DNA of 61,622 nt from Candidatus Peregrinibacteria bacterium CG2_30_44_17 (GTDB lineage Bacteria > Patescibacteriota > Gracilibacteria > UBA1369 > UBA12470): the NCBI GenBank assembly GCA_001873565.1, contig MNZJ01000037.1, forward strand, positions 1 through 61,622. Reading direction: 5' to 3'. Under the pieces are notes generated by a model, which saw nothing but the letters and a program-made list of their open reading frames with translations, made no database searches and was not told the origin of the DNA. Made by a program: the position numbers and the translations under genes. Below are positions 9,157-17,313 of this stretch, piece after piece. Numbering within the stretch: the stretch's first letter is position 1; every line of letters begins with the position of its first letter.

Positions 9157-10095
9157 CTACACAATATCCTGGATCTTCTTGATCCACCTTTTTTTGTAGT
9201 ACTGTCGTCTGTCGAGGTTGTGGAATTTGAGCATTTTGTCGCTGATTATTATGCTCGCTTCTTTCCCTTCGTTTTCGGTGAACGACTCGAGTTTTTGCTG
9301 CATCCTTTTCATTTGCCATGAACGTAGCTTCTCTTCTATCCTGTCTCCGAATTTGTTGCGAAGCAATTTCTCTTGAAATCTGCGAATCGCGCGTATCCAT
9401 CCTCTGTTGGTGCGGTAATGTCTTTTTTGATAATTGATTGGTGTTGCGAAAAAACTCTCGAGGAATCTGCGGTTATGGTCGATCAGATCTATATATGTTT
9501 GATAATCACCGCAAACCGGCTGCATGGTTTTGAGCCAATAGGCTAGATATATGTCGTGCTCAAACGCAATACTGTCCATATTCAGATTGTCCTCTGTGAG
9601 ATAGAAGCTGAGGCAGAAGCGGCCTTGTATTTTCTGGCCGTGACGGCGGACGCCGAATAGGTGAATCCATATTGTCAGAAGAGTTCTGGCAATGAACATT
9701 CGACCAGGCTTTGTTACTACAACTAAGTCTATATCGGATTTTTTTGTTGGATTGTCGTAGGAAAGATTGTTAGCAACCGCTACCAGTCTTATAAACGGTA
9801 TGATATTAAAAATCTTTCTGAATTTATTTACGCGTTGCCAATATTTTTTTGCAAGCTTGCGTCTCTCATGCATCTTGAAGAAAGCTTCTTCGTTGCCTTT
9901 TAAACAGTAGAGTCCGTCAGAGTAGCTTAACGCTGCGCTATTCTTGAGATATAGTTCGATCTGATGTTCGTCCAGAGGTAGCTTGTAAAGGTACTCTTCC
10001 ACTTCTTCGCGCGACAATGGATAGTCGAACATGTCGAAGAATGCGAATGTTGATAAGATCGCCTGTTTGAAATTTATCTTAGTATTGAGTACCAT
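9157..10095 (-). CDS. Pol-beta-like nucleotidyltransferase-domain protein (CPR family)
   Basis: IPFIRLVAVANNLSY....SDIDL motif, plus RFCLSFY and DIYLAY. Start placed at ATG 10095. Confidence 0.7.
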   Translation of the reverse strand: MVLNTKINFKQAILSTFAFFDMFDYPLSREEVEEYLYKLPLDEHQIELYLKNSAALSYSDGLYCLKGNEEAFFKMHERRKLAKKYWQRVNKFRKIFNIIPFIRLVAVANNLSYDNPTKKSDIDLVVVTKPGRMFIARTLLTIWIHLFGVRRHGQKIQGRFCLSFYLTEDNLNMDSIAFEHDIYLAYWLKTMQPVCGDYQTYIDLIDHNRRFLESFFATPINYQKRHYRTNRGWIRAIRRFQEKLLRNKFGDRIEEKLRSWQMKRMQQKLESFTENEGKEASIIISDKMLKFHNLDRRQYYKKRWIKKIQDIV

Positions 10096-10121
10096 AGGCG
10101 TAGTCAATTTATTGGTCTTAA

Positions 10122-12257
10122 ATGCTACCAGAAACACAAAAGAAAATACAGAGAATCATTAAGAAGCTTCCCGGCAGGCCCGGTATCTATAAAATGATAG
10201 GCAAGGATGGAGCTGTTCTTTATGTTGGCAAGGCCAAGGATCTCAAGAAACGAGTGCAGACATATTTCAGAGACTCTGCTGATTTAACTGTCAGAATTTC
10301 CAAAATGATTTCGCGTGTTTGGAACGTTGAATACATAACAGTTGATTCGGAACTGGAGTCTCTTATCCTCGAGTCTAATCTGGTTAAAGAGCTTAAGCCT
10401 CGCTACAATGTTATGCTCAAAGATGATAAGAATTTTGTTTATATCAAGGTTTCTGACGAGGATTTCCCTAGAATCAAAATCGTAAGACAGGTTGAAAAAG
10501 ATAATGCTAAATATTACGGACCGAAGACGTCTGCAAAAAAAGTTTGTAAGACTGTAGAAGTTTTGAGGTCTCTATTCCCAATACGCGATTGTGACCTTGG
10601 TATTCGTCATATCAGAGATGATGCAATGAATGGATCAGAAGTTGATGTTTTTAAGAAAACTATTCCGTATCCATGTTTGCAGTATCATATAAAGACATGT
10701 AGTGCCCCTTGTGTTGGCGCTGTCTCAAAAGAAGATTATGCGGAAATGTCTACTGAAATTTGTAGATTCCTTGATGGTAAGTCCAATGGACTTATGGCAA
10801 CTCTCAGAAATGATATGGAAATCGCCGTTTCCGAGAAGCGTTTTGAGGATGCTGCCGGTATTCGTGACAAGATCCAGTCTATCGAGAGTGTGCTCGAGAG
10901 GCAGAAAATTTCGGAATCCGACGATGTGAACCAAGATGTGATCGGGTATTACCTCGGAGTTTCGGAAGTTTTTATCAACTTGTTTGTCATTAGAAGCGGA
11001 AAACTTATTGATAATGAGAACTTTGTATTATCTGTTCCGGATGTTTCTGATTATGACTTGCCTGAAGTTTTTGCAGGATTTCTGCGTGACTATTATGAGA
11101 AGAGCACTTTCTTGCCGGATTCCGTTTTGTTGCCGTTTGCAATAGACGAAGAGCAGCTTCTCTCTGCCATGCTGGGATTTAAGATTTTTTGCCCTAAAAA
11201 AGGGGAGAAACATAAGCTTCTTGCAATGTCGAACAGGAACGCGGAACATTATTACAAGCAGATGCTTGTGAAATGGGAGTCAGACAAAGCCTATGATCCC
11301 GCTAAGGCTCTAATTGAACTTGCAAACGTCTTGGGGATCAAGAAAAAAATCGTAAGAATCGAAGGATATGATATTTCGCATAATTCAGGTGAGTTTACTG
11401 TCGGCGCGATGGTTGCTTTTGACAAAGGCGAGCCTAAAAACAGTGATTATCGTCATTTTAAGATAAAAACCGTCGATGGCATTGATGACTATGCGTCTCT
11501 ATCCGAAGTTATAACGCGCAGGCTGAGGTACCTATTCGCTGATATCCCAGAAGGAATCATAGTAAGACGAGGACTTAAAAAAAACATTCCCGAGATCGAA
11601 AAAATTATTAAGGCTGAGCAGTTATATGGAGGTGATTTGATTATGCGAAACACGGTAATAGTTGAAAAGAAGGAGCAAATCGTTGGTATTGGTCGTTTGC
11701 GATCTCAAACGAAAGACCAAGATACTATTCATTCTCTCTGGGTGTCTCCCAAAATGAGAGGTAATGGAGTTGGTCATGTTATCCTGCGTGAATTGATTTC
11801 CAGGTCTAAAGCTAAGAGAATTTATATAGGTTGTTATATGAAGAACGCGCCTTTTTACGAGAAGTTCGGATTCAGACATGTGAAGAAAGCACCATCTTTT
11901 ATGAATAAGACAATGGATCATTGTGACGGTGATTGCGAGGTTGCCGGGGTTTTTGTTTATGAGAAGAGCAAAGATGCTTCGTTTGGCAAGATGCCTGATA
12001 TCTTGCTCCTTGATGGTGGAAAGGGTCAGCTATCGACGGTTGCGAAGGTTTTGGTGCATTTTGACGTTTCAATTCCGATAGTTGCTATGGATAAAAGCGG
12101 CGAAAAGTTGTGGATTTTGCAGGGCGGAAAGGTTGCTCTCTCCACTCTTGCATCCGATTCTCAGCCATTTTATCTCCTGAAAAGAGTTATCGATGAAGCA
12201 CATAGATTCTCCAATAAACTGCGCGAAGATTTGCAAATTAAAAAATTAACCCAATAA
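10122..12257 (+). CDS. uvrC: Excinuclease ABC subunit C with inserted GNAT domain
   Basis: GIY-YIG (PGIY..LYVGKAKDL), Cys cluster, UVR (FEDAAGIRD), RNase H-like (IEGYDISH, DDY, DGGKGQL, DEAHRF). GNAT-like insert at ~11540-11975. Confidence 0.93.
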   Translation: MLPETQKKIQRIIKKLPGRPGIYKMIGKDGAVLYVGKAKDLKKRVQTYFRDSADLTVRISKMISRVWNVEYITVDSELESLILESNLVKELKPRYNVMLKDDKNFVYIKVSDEDFPRIKIVRQVEKDNAKYYGPKTSAKKVCKTVEVLRSLFPIRDCDLGIRHIRDDAMNGSEVDVFKKTIPYPCLQYHIKTCSAPCVGAVSKEDYAEMSTEICRFLDGKSNGLMATLRNDMEIAVSEKRFEDAAGIRDKIQSIESVLERQKISESDDVNQDVIGYYLGVSEVFINLFVIRSGKLIDNENFVLSVPDVSDYDLPEVFAGFLRDYYEKSTFLPDSVLLPFAIDEEQLLSAMLGFKIFCPKKGEKHKLLAMSNRNAEHYYKQMLVKWESDKAYDPAKALIELANVLGIKKKIVRIEGYDISHNSGEFTVGAMVAFDKGEPKNSDYRHFKIKTVDGIDDYASLSEVITRRLRYLFADIPEGIIVRRGLKKNIPEIEKIIKAEQLYGGDLIMRNTVIVEKKEQIVGIGRLRSQTKDQDTIHSLWVSPKMRGNGVGHVILRELISRSKAKRIYIGCYMKNAPFYEKFGFRHVKKAPSFMNKTMDHCDGDCEVAGVFVYEKSKDASFGKMPDILLLDGGKGQLSTVAKVLVHFDVSIPIVAMDKSGEKLWILQGGKVALSTLASDSQPFYLLKRVIDEAHRFSNKLREDLQIKKLTQ

Positions 12258-12260
12258 AAC

Positions 12261-12704
12261 ATGTTGAAAGACCAGATCGTATCGGATTTGAAACAGGCTA
12301 TGCTGGCCAGGGATGAAATTCGGGTTTCCACTTTGCGTATGCTCAAAGCTGCAATTATGAAGTTCGAGGTTAGTGGTGCCAAAAAAGAGGCAACCGAGGA
12401 AGATGTTATCGACTTGGTAAAGAAAGAGCTGAAAGCCAGGAAGGACTCTTCGGAGCAGTTCCGTAATGGCAATAGGGATGATCTCGCTGACAAAGAAGAC
12501 GCGGAAGCTAAGATACTTGAAGCTTATATGCCTGAGCAGATGAACGAGGAGCAGGTGAGAGCTATCGCTACGGAAGTTGTCTCTAATTTTGGCACTGTCG
12601 GACCTCAAGATTTTGGCAAGGTAATGGGTGCGTGCATGGGTAAGTTAAAAGGGAAGGCAGATGGAGAATTGGTTAACAAAGTTGTGAAGGAACTATTGTC
12701 TTGA
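12261..12704 (+). CDS. GatB/YqeY domain protein
   Basis: LKQAMLARD...LRMLKAAI...RKDS.EQF..GNR.DLA.KE...YMPEQ...GKVMG. Confidence 0.93.
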   Translation: MLKDQIVSDLKQAMLARDEIRVSTLRMLKAAIMKFEVSGAKKEATEEDVIDLVKKELKARKDSSEQFRNGNRDDLADKEDAEAKILEAYMPEQMNEEQVRAIATEVVSNFGTVGPQDFGKVMGACMGKLKGKADGELVNKVVKELLS

Positions 12705-12720
12705 GTATATTGGTGAGTTT

Positions 12721-12753
12721 AAAAAAAAGAGACTTCGTAACGAAGTCTCTTTT
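12721..12753. terminator. Bidirectional intrinsic terminator
   Basis: A-run, GAGACTTCG-TAA-CGAAGTCTC, T-run, between convergent genes. Confidence 0.85.
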
Positions 12754-12777
12754 GAAATTCTATCTGTATCTTGAGCA

Positions 12778-13212
12778 CTAGCGCGTAACTGAGATTGTCT
12801 CAGATAGCTCAGCACTTGGAGCTGCAACTGTTATTCTACTTGTAGTTGCGTCTAGAATGACTGTGTACCCCGTGGCGTAATTAGTACAGTCTGTGTAAGC
12901 TGCTCCAGATCCTGTTGGATCAAAAGGCATCTCAGCTAGATATGTTGGAACTAGGTCGCTACAAATATCTATACCTGCAACACTGATTTCTGTGGCGGTA
13001 CCTGTGATTGCAGCAGGAAATGCGCCTCTGTTGTCTAGAGAGTACTCGTAAACAGCGTCGATAATAGCTTTGACGTCGCTGTCTCTCTGAGTATTGTTGG
13101 CCTGCTTGATTTGCCTAGCCGGATTGACTGCGATAATGACGATTCCTGCAAGGATCGCGATTATCACGATGACGAGGAGTACCTCGATCAGGGTGAAGCC
13201 TTTTTTGTTCAT
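12778..13212 (-). CDS. Type IV pilin, probable major pilin
   Basis: Class III signal KKG|FTLIEVL with E5, short globular domain, P.DP motif. Confidence 0.9.
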   Translation of the reverse strand: MNKKGFTLIEVLLVIVIIAILAGIVIIAVNPARQIKQANNTQRDSDVKAIIDAVYEYSLDNRGAFPAAITGTATEISVAGIDICSDLVPTYLAEMPFDPTGSGAAYTDCTNYATGYTVILDATTSRITVAAPSAELSETISVTR

Positions 13213-13288
13213 GGGCTTGTGGGGTGAAAAAATTTGTTTTTGTATTTAAAGGCGCATAAGAAGTCAGCGCTTTTTGTTAACGCTGCTT

Positions 13289-13317
13289 AGTCTATAGCAC
13301 TTCAATTACTTAGACAA
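13289..13317 (-). promoter_or_regulatory. Internal sigma70-type promoter for the pilin (TTGTCT-N17-TAGACT)
   Basis: Read on the minus strand, with an exact 17-nt spacer, about 77 nt upstream of the pilin ATG. Confidence 0.55.
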
Positions 13318-13482
13318 GTCCAAGTATTTATTCCACTCTATTACGGGAAGGTTGATCTCCACTGCTGCGTCCGATGGGTCCAGCTGGTTATCCCACTTTG
13401 CATAAATAACGGATGAATATACTACTATTACTACGAATAGGATAGTTGTCGTGATTAGATATATGTAGTGCTTATTTAACAT
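13306..13482 (-). CDS. Small single-TM protein (58 aa) in the pilP position
   Basis: Not in the ORF track. Translation: MLNKHYIYLITTTILFVVIVVYSSVIYAKWDNQLDPSDAAVEINLPVIEWNKYLDLSK*. Its ATG overlaps the end of the PilO-like gene. Confidence 0.7.
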   Translation of the reverse strand: MLNKHYIYLITTTILFVVIVVYSSVIYAKWDNQLDPSDAAVEINLPVIEWNKYLDLSK

Positions 13483-14014
13483 AGAGCCGTATTTTTATTT
13501 GAATATTTTCTCCCGCTGTTTCGGAGCTTAGTTCCGTGAAATTTAGTTCGTATATTTTGACATAGTAAGATAAGTTTTCCAGCTCATTCAGGAAGTCTAT
13601 AAGATTCGTTTTACTTCCGAAAAACTCAAGTTGGTAATCCAGAGTGCTGCCTTTGGTCGCAGATTCTTTCTCGTCTATCTCTATCGACTTAAGATCAAGT
13701 GTTACGCCAAGTGCTTCGGCTGTGTTTTCGATGTCCGATATGAACTGAATGTATTCTATCTCCGATGCCGGACGCAACGAATGAGTGTGCGCTATGGCCT
13801 CTTCTGTTCCTTCGGTATATAGTTGCAAGCTTTGTTCGAAATTGGATTGGAGGTTGTCTGTCGCACTCAAAAACGCGTTAAGCTCTTTGATGTCGTGATG
13901 CATCCCAGACAATGAATAGCCTATGAATAGCACGATAAATGCGCTTACGAATGTTAGTACAAGACTGAGTTTAAAAACTCTCTTTGCTGGATTTGATGGT
14001 TCAGTTAGAAGCAT
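13472..14014 (-). CDS. PilO-like type IV pilus assembly protein
   Basis: N-terminal TM, coiled coil, then ferredoxin-like G....L.DFL.ELENL. Follows the pilM/N gene. Confidence 0.7.
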   Translation of the reverse strand: MLLTEPSNPAKRVFKLSLVLTFVSAFIVLFIGYSLSGMHHDIKELNAFLSATDNLQSNFEQSLQLYTEGTEEAIAHTHSLRPASEIEYIQFISDIENTAEALGVTLDLKSIEIDEKESATKGSTLDYQLEFFGSKTNLIDFLNELENLSYYVKIYELNFTELSSETAGENIQIKIRLYVK

Positions 14015-15692
14015 ACTCCGGTAGGCTTGAAAATATTAATGTGATGTTAACTTGAAAAGGTATACTCGACTTGGTGTCAAAGCTTGATAGTGGCATCTCC
14101 GCAGCATCAATGAACTCTGAGTTATCCAGATTGTCTTGCATTTCCAGTAGGGAACTCCTTTCGTCCGCTATTCCGCTAATTGATACAGACATATCAGAGT
14201 CTTTGTATTTGAATGAGTTGATGGTTATTCCTTCCGGCATTAGTTCGTATATCATTGTTATTGTTTGTGGTAGTGAAAATAGTCCGTTGTCTATATTGCT
14301 GAGTGTTATGACTTCTGTGTTAAAAGCTTCCAAGTCTTCTTTTACATCTTGGTACCTTGTTCCGTACAAGGTCAGTTCTATGTTTGATTTTTTAACTTCC
14401 AGGCTTTCTCTTTCGAAACTGGAAGTCAGATGCTTGTAAAATACGAATCCTGCAATCGACAAGCTGATTATAGCCATTGCCAATGAGCCTGCTATTATCG
14501 CTACCTCGATTTTTTTGCTTAGGAATTGTCTTTTGAGCCAGCTTGGGATTAAGTTTATGTTGCTACCTTCTTTTGATTTGAGCGCGTCGAGCGCGACCCC
14601 TATTGCATTTGTGAAATAGATTGAATATGGCGCTTTGCTTGCGCTTCCTTTTTGAATGAATCTGTCGTCTTCTATGAGTAGTCCTTTTTTTGGGTCGCCA
14701 ATTATTATGTTGCGTTTACCGAACTGCTTCTTTGCAATTTCATAAAAGCCAGGAAGGTTAGAGAATTCTCCTGTAAGAATGATGTTTTGTACTTTTTCTT
14801 TCTTTGTTTCCTGTTTTGCTAAAATTATATCTGTCGCCATTTTGTATTTGGAGTTCACAAACTCTCTTATCTTCTCCGAGAATTTGGGGTCTTCCTTGTG
14901 GTTCTCCCACTTTGCGAATAGCTCATCTTTGCTCACCTTGAACTCGCTACTTATGTCGTCAATAAGATGTGATGTCCCTTCATTCGAACTTATGAAATGT
15001 TTTATATGACCGTGTTTGATCGTCAAATAATTAGTCGATAGTGCTCCTACTTCTATGATCAAGCTTTTCCCTTCTTGAGGTATTTGACTCTCCAAGGCGT
15101 ATTTTAATGCTTCCACATGTACTCCATATAGCATTGGTTTGATTCCTATTGCGTCCAGTGTCTTTGTGTACTTGTCGGCAACGGCTTTTTCTACAGCGGC
15201 GAACATTATGTATTGATACTGTTTCGAGTCTCCATTCGAATCATCTCTGTCCAGTATTGCGAAATCCCAATACAGATCTTTCATCGGGTAGGGTATGACG
15301 ATTTCGGCTTCGTATGGCAGTGCTCTGCTTATATCTTTTTTACTGAGTGCTGCAGGAAATGCGAAGATATGCGTGAAGATTATTCGTGGTGGCAGGATGA
15401 TGGCAACAGCTTTTGTGTCTACTTTTGATGGATTTGCATTGCGAATCAAGGCTTTCAGTATTGTTTTGAAATCCTCTTCGTTCTGTATAGCGCCGTCTTT
15501 TATTACGCCTTCCGGTATAACGACTCTGTTGTATGCTCTAAGAGTTGTATCTCCGTTGGATTGCCGTAATTCCACTAGCTGTACTAGGTGGTCATGCAGG
15601 TCTATGCCGACTACTGTTTTTGGTATGATTTTCATTTTTGTTTTGTCGTCCTTCCGATAGTTGAGTTTATTGATATTTAGGTCTCTTGCCAA
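14001..15692 (-). CDS. pilM: PilM-PilN fusion
   Basis: Actin-like PilM (VVGIDL, IILTGE.S.LPG, AIGVAL), then INLIP, a TM helix and a PilN-type ISGIA..R..L domain. Confidence 0.8.
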   Translation of the reverse strand: MARDLNINKLNYRKDDKTKMKIIPKTVVGIDLHDHLVQLVELRQSNGDTTLRAYNRVVIPEGVIKDGAIQNEEDFKTILKALIRNANPSKVDTKAVAIILPPRIIFTHIFAFPAALSKKDISRALPYEAEIVIPYPMKDLYWDFAILDRDDSNGDSKQYQYIMFAAVEKAVADKYTKTLDAIGIKPMLYGVHVEALKYALESQIPQEGKSLIIEVGALSTNYLTIKHGHIKHFISSNEGTSHLIDDISSEFKVSKDELFAKWENHKEDPKFSEKIREFVNSKYKMATDIILAKQETKKEKVQNIILTGEFSNLPGFYEIAKKQFGKRNIIIGDPKKGLLIEDDRFIQKGSASKAPYSIYFTNAIGVALDALKSKEGSNINLIPSWLKRQFLSKKIEVAIIAGSLAMAIISLSIAGFVFYKHLTSSFERESLEVKKSNIELTLYGTRYQDVKEDLEAFNTEVITLSNIDNGLFSLPQTITMIYELMPEGITINSFKYKDSDMSVSISGIADERSSLLEMQDNLDNSEFIDAAEMPLSSFDTKSSIPFQVNITLIFSSLPEYASN

Positions 15693-16792
15693 GAGGTTAA
15701 CTGTGCGTTCCTTGCCTCACCATTACTTGTGATGTCGATTATGCCTTCGTAATTCTGTTCATAATCAAGATATTCTACTTTTATGGCAATGGTATGTACG
15801 CCTTCTTCCGACCCCGAGCTGCTCTCACTGCCTTCTGCACCTGCAATTCCCTGGATTTGCAGCGAGCTAACGTTGATCGTTACCGAGTCTCCCCACAGGT
15901 AGCCGTCTACAGATATTGTGCTTCCCGTGAGCTCTAAGTCTCCTGCTGCTCTGATTATGCCTTCCAATGTGACACTGCTTCCGTTGATATAAACTAATCC
16001 GTCTGTGTATATAAGTAGGTTCCCCTCTGCCGCAGCTATAGATATGCCGCTTCCGTTTATTTCTACGGATCCATTTAGGCTGATTAATGTCAATGTTTTG
16101 TCAAAAATGCTCGTATTTATCTCTATATCGCCGTTATTGACATATATGATGCTGCCATCAGGGGTTACTGATCCGTTTACCTTGAGGTTGCCGCCTGCCT
16201 GTGTCAATGTGACATCGCTGGTGTAGTACGTTCCTGCTGCCACCGCCATGTCGTAATATGTGCTGATCGATGTCGGCAGGGATGGACTAATTTGCGTTGT
16301 TACTTGTGATCCGGATATCGTTACGTTTGTCCCTGTTATGCTGCTGTCATCTACGTATGTTGCCATTTCGGTGGCAGAGATATCCGTGCCATTAATGTTT
16401 AAGTCGTCGTTAGCATGTACTCCTTCTAGCTGTATGCTGGTTCCGTTTATGACGACGTCTTCTTCCGCGAACACTTCTTTGCCATTTATCCCGGTGCTGC
16501 CTGTAGATCCTTCTGCCGATACGCTTATAACGCATCTTAGGTCGGTGCTGAATTCCATGGTCTCGCCTGTGAAGCCTGTGCCGCTTTCTATGCGTGTGAT
16601 TGCTTCTTCCAGGCAAGCTTCGGCTGCGTAATATGACGATCTGTCAGCGTCGCTATTTGATTGCTGTTGATACGATGAGACGCTTGATTCTGATATTGCC
16701 AGTACCATTATCAGCGTGAAGCCAGATATGATTAGCAGGCTGATTAATGCTATAGATCCTCTTTTTGATTGTATTTGTTTTCTTATACTCAT
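15677..16792 (-). CDS. PilX-like minor pilin with beta-solenoid-like insert
   Basis: KRG|SIAL without E5, SYYAAEACLEEA, C-terminal SWQE, repeated (V/I)xING(T/S) units. Confidence 0.7.
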   Translation of the reverse strand: MSIRKQIQSKRGSIALISLLIISGFTLIMVLAISESSVSSYQQQSNSDADRSSYYAAEACLEEAITRIESGTGFTGETMEFSTDLRCVISVSAEGSTGSTGINGKEVFAEEDVVINGTSIQLEGVHANDDLNINGTDISATEMATYVDDSSITGTNVTISGSQVTTQISPSLPTSISTYYDMAVAAGTYYTSDVTLTQAGGNLKVNGSVTPDGSIIYVNNGDIEINTSIFDKTLTLISLNGSVEINGSGISIAAAEGNLLIYTDGLVYINGSSVTLEGIIRAAGDLELTGSTISVDGYLWGDSVTINVSSLQIQGIAGAEGSESSSGSEEGVHTIAIKVEYLDYEQNYEGIIDITSNGEARNAQLTSWQET

Positions 16793-17310
16793 AAAGTTCT
16801 TAATGAAAGTGTCAGATTGATTGTGCTTGTGCGTTGTAAATTAGCTACTTCTGCTGAAACAGGTGCAATTTGTATTGTCGCTATGATTTGATCTGGTGAT
16901 TTATTGTATGTGACTCTGTGAAAGTTTGCTTTTTCGATCTTCGTGTCGTTTGTGTTTATCTGTATTGGATCTGCGCTACCTTCTTTGATAAAAATGTTTC
17001 CGTCTTCTATGTAGAATTTGGTAGGGGATTTTGATACGTCGTTCATGTTTAATGAAAGGATTCCGTTGTCGTTGTCGAAAACGCTACTTGTTTCGTCAAT
17101 TCCACTTGAGGTGTATATGCTTGTCTTGATTTTGTCTGCGATGAACTCCTTGTTTGCCTGAAATTCTTGGACCTCCTCGGACACCGCCGTTAATCCGGTT
17201 ATTTGGAAGGCGAATGTTATTGCTACGGCAAGGAATATCGCTAATATCGTGAAATATATGATGATTTCAATAAGCGACGATCCCGAATTGTTTGTTTTCG
17301 TTCTCTGCAT
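16789..17310 (-). CDS. Minor pilin (PilW-like)
   Basis: SG|SSLIEIIIY prepilin-like N-terminus. Confidence 0.75.
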   Translation of the reverse strand: MQRTKTNNSGSSLIEIIIYFTILAIFLAVAITFAFQITGLTAVSEEVQEFQANKEFIADKIKTSIYTSSGIDETSSVFDNDNGILSLNMNDVSKSPTKFYIEDGNIFIKEGSADPIQINTNDTKIEKANFHRVTYNKSPDQIIATIQIAPVSAEVANLQRTSTINLTLSLRTL

Positions 17311-17313
17311 TAC

